Position numbers and translations under genes: made by a program. This document shows positions 63,050-64,000 of a DNA stretch of 64,000 nt, one piece after another. The notes beneath the pieces are model-generated. The model saw nothing but the letters and a program-made list of their open reading frames with translations. It was not told the DNA's origin and ran no database searches. Positions within the stretch are counted from its first letter, which is position 1. Every line of letters starts with the position of its first letter. This stretch comes from Macrostomum hystrix. Lineage: Eukaryota; Animalia; Platyhelminthes. The stretch spans positions 7,006,001-7,070,000 of the forward strand of contig CATNEN010000029.1 in assembly GCA_950097015.1 (NCBI GenBank), written 5' to 3'.

Positions 63050-63457
63050 CAGGGGTCCGCAAACTTAGCTAGCCGGCCCAAGAGAGAACCTAAAAGACGA
63101 CAGCGGGCTTCATCGACCGTGGAAATATGAGACACAGGAGAGATGAGACAGGGGAGAGATGCGACAGGGATAGATGAGACAGGGGAGAGATGCGACAGGG
63201 AGAGATGAGACAGGGGAAAGATGAGACAGGGGAGAGATGAGACAGGGGAGAGATGCGACGGGGAGAGATGAGACAGGGGAGAGATGAGACAGGGGAGAGA
63301 TGTGACAGGGAGAGATGAGACAGGGCAGATATAAGACAAGGGAGAGGTAAGACAGGGGAAAGATGAAAAAGGATGCTGTATGTGTTGGAAGGGGCAACGG
63401 ATTTGGGAGCTTCGAGAGCCGCATCTGGCTCGCGGGCCGGCGTTTGTCGACCCGTTT
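63050..63457. mobile_element. Non-autonomous hAT (Charlie-like) element containing a GAGATGAGACAGGGGA minisatellite
   Basis: The left end is CAGGGGTCCGCAAAC and the right end is GCCGCATCTGGCTCGCGGGCCGGCGTTTGTCGACCCGTT, typical of hAT-Charlie ends. The 8-bp flanks TTTTAAAG / ATTTAAAG match at 7/8. The internal array spans 63125-63370. Confidence 0.7.
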
Positions 63458-63634
63458 ATTTAAAGTCACTTATTTAAATGCAATTCCATTTCAGCTTGCT
63501 CGTCTTAGAAGAAGCCTGAAGTTTAAGAGCCACACGCCGGAGGGCCCAGTCTTCTAACGGCCCCATCTTAACTACCTTTTCATAGGGATTTAATTGCTAA
63601 CAAGAAAAACAAGGAAGCATTAACAATAGCGTCA

Positions 63635-64000
63635 ATGCGGCCTGTACTATTGCTATCAGTGTTTCTATTGTTCGCCTGTCGGTTCGCCGATTCGGCCGCC
63701 ACCACAGCCGCCTGCCAGTCTGTATCGGCCGTCTATGCGGCCAAGAATCTGGACATTCTCCAGGTGCAATTCCAGGCCTCATCGAGCCACCTGGCTGTCT
63801 GTCCGGCCAGGCCCGGGCCCACCTGTTGCAGCCGGGCCATGGAGTCCGCACTAGAGAATCGGGCCAAGATGGACATGTACCAGACTCTGTACCAGCAGCT
63901 GGTGCCGCGCAGTACCTCACTGGCCTCGCTTCTATCCAACTTTCAATCTCTGGTGCTGCAAATGCTCAACGATTCCTACGACGGTTTAGATAAGAATCTA
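63635..64000 (+). CDS. Glypican (GPI-anchored heparan sulfate proteoglycan core protein), N-terminal coding exon, truncated by window end
   Basis: An open frame absent from the ORF track: MRPVLLLSVFLLFACRFADSAATTAACQSVSAVYAAKNLDILQVQFQASSSHLAVCPARPGPTCCSRAMESALENRAK.. It has a hydrophobic signal peptide, then C-x2-V-x3-Y and HLxVC..PTCCSxxMExxL, the conserved glypican N-terminal cysteine pattern. A branch/acceptor CTTAAC..TTTTCATAG| lies at 63585. Confidence 0.88.
   Translation, partial: MRPVLLLSVFLLFACRFADSAATTAACQSVSAVYAAKNLDILQVQFQASSSHLAVCPARPGPTCCSRAMESALENRAKMDMYQTLYQQLVPRSTSLASLLSNFQSLVLQMLNDSYDGLDKNL

Overview
This is AT-rich, intron-containing animal genomic DNA, not prokaryotic. 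The annexin II/III linker insertion, a 42-nt mini-intron and dense, locally unique minisatellites point to a free-living flatworm such as Macrostomum (inference). Hand-splicing supports four protein-coding genes. (1) A minus-strand annexin with four intact repeats and a long G/Y/Q/M-rich N-terminus (3080-7693). (2) A minus-strand, low-complexity C2H2 zinc-finger transcription factor with three unusual CNKY-type fingers (19523-24615, probable tiny first coding exon at 32505-32511). (3) A nine-exon minus-strand gene that the ORF track misses (48155-52234). It encodes about 374 aa with 11 copies of an (N/D)P(L/I/V)xG motif, and all eight introns are phase 1. This is the most novel object here. 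(4) The 5' coding exon of a plus-strand glypican (63635 to window end). About 28 tandem arrays (15-70 nt units, roughly 24-25 kb, about 38% of the window) fill introns and intergenic space and generate almost all long ORFs in the track. Mobile elements include two tRNA-derived SINE families (one copy nested in another), a TA-flanked MITE, a hAT-like MITE carrying a minisatellite, an inverted-repeat element carrying 20 AP-1 sites, and a foldback-like structure of two inverted 34-mer arrays. All coordinates were read by hand; array boundaries are approximate, and no database searches were run.
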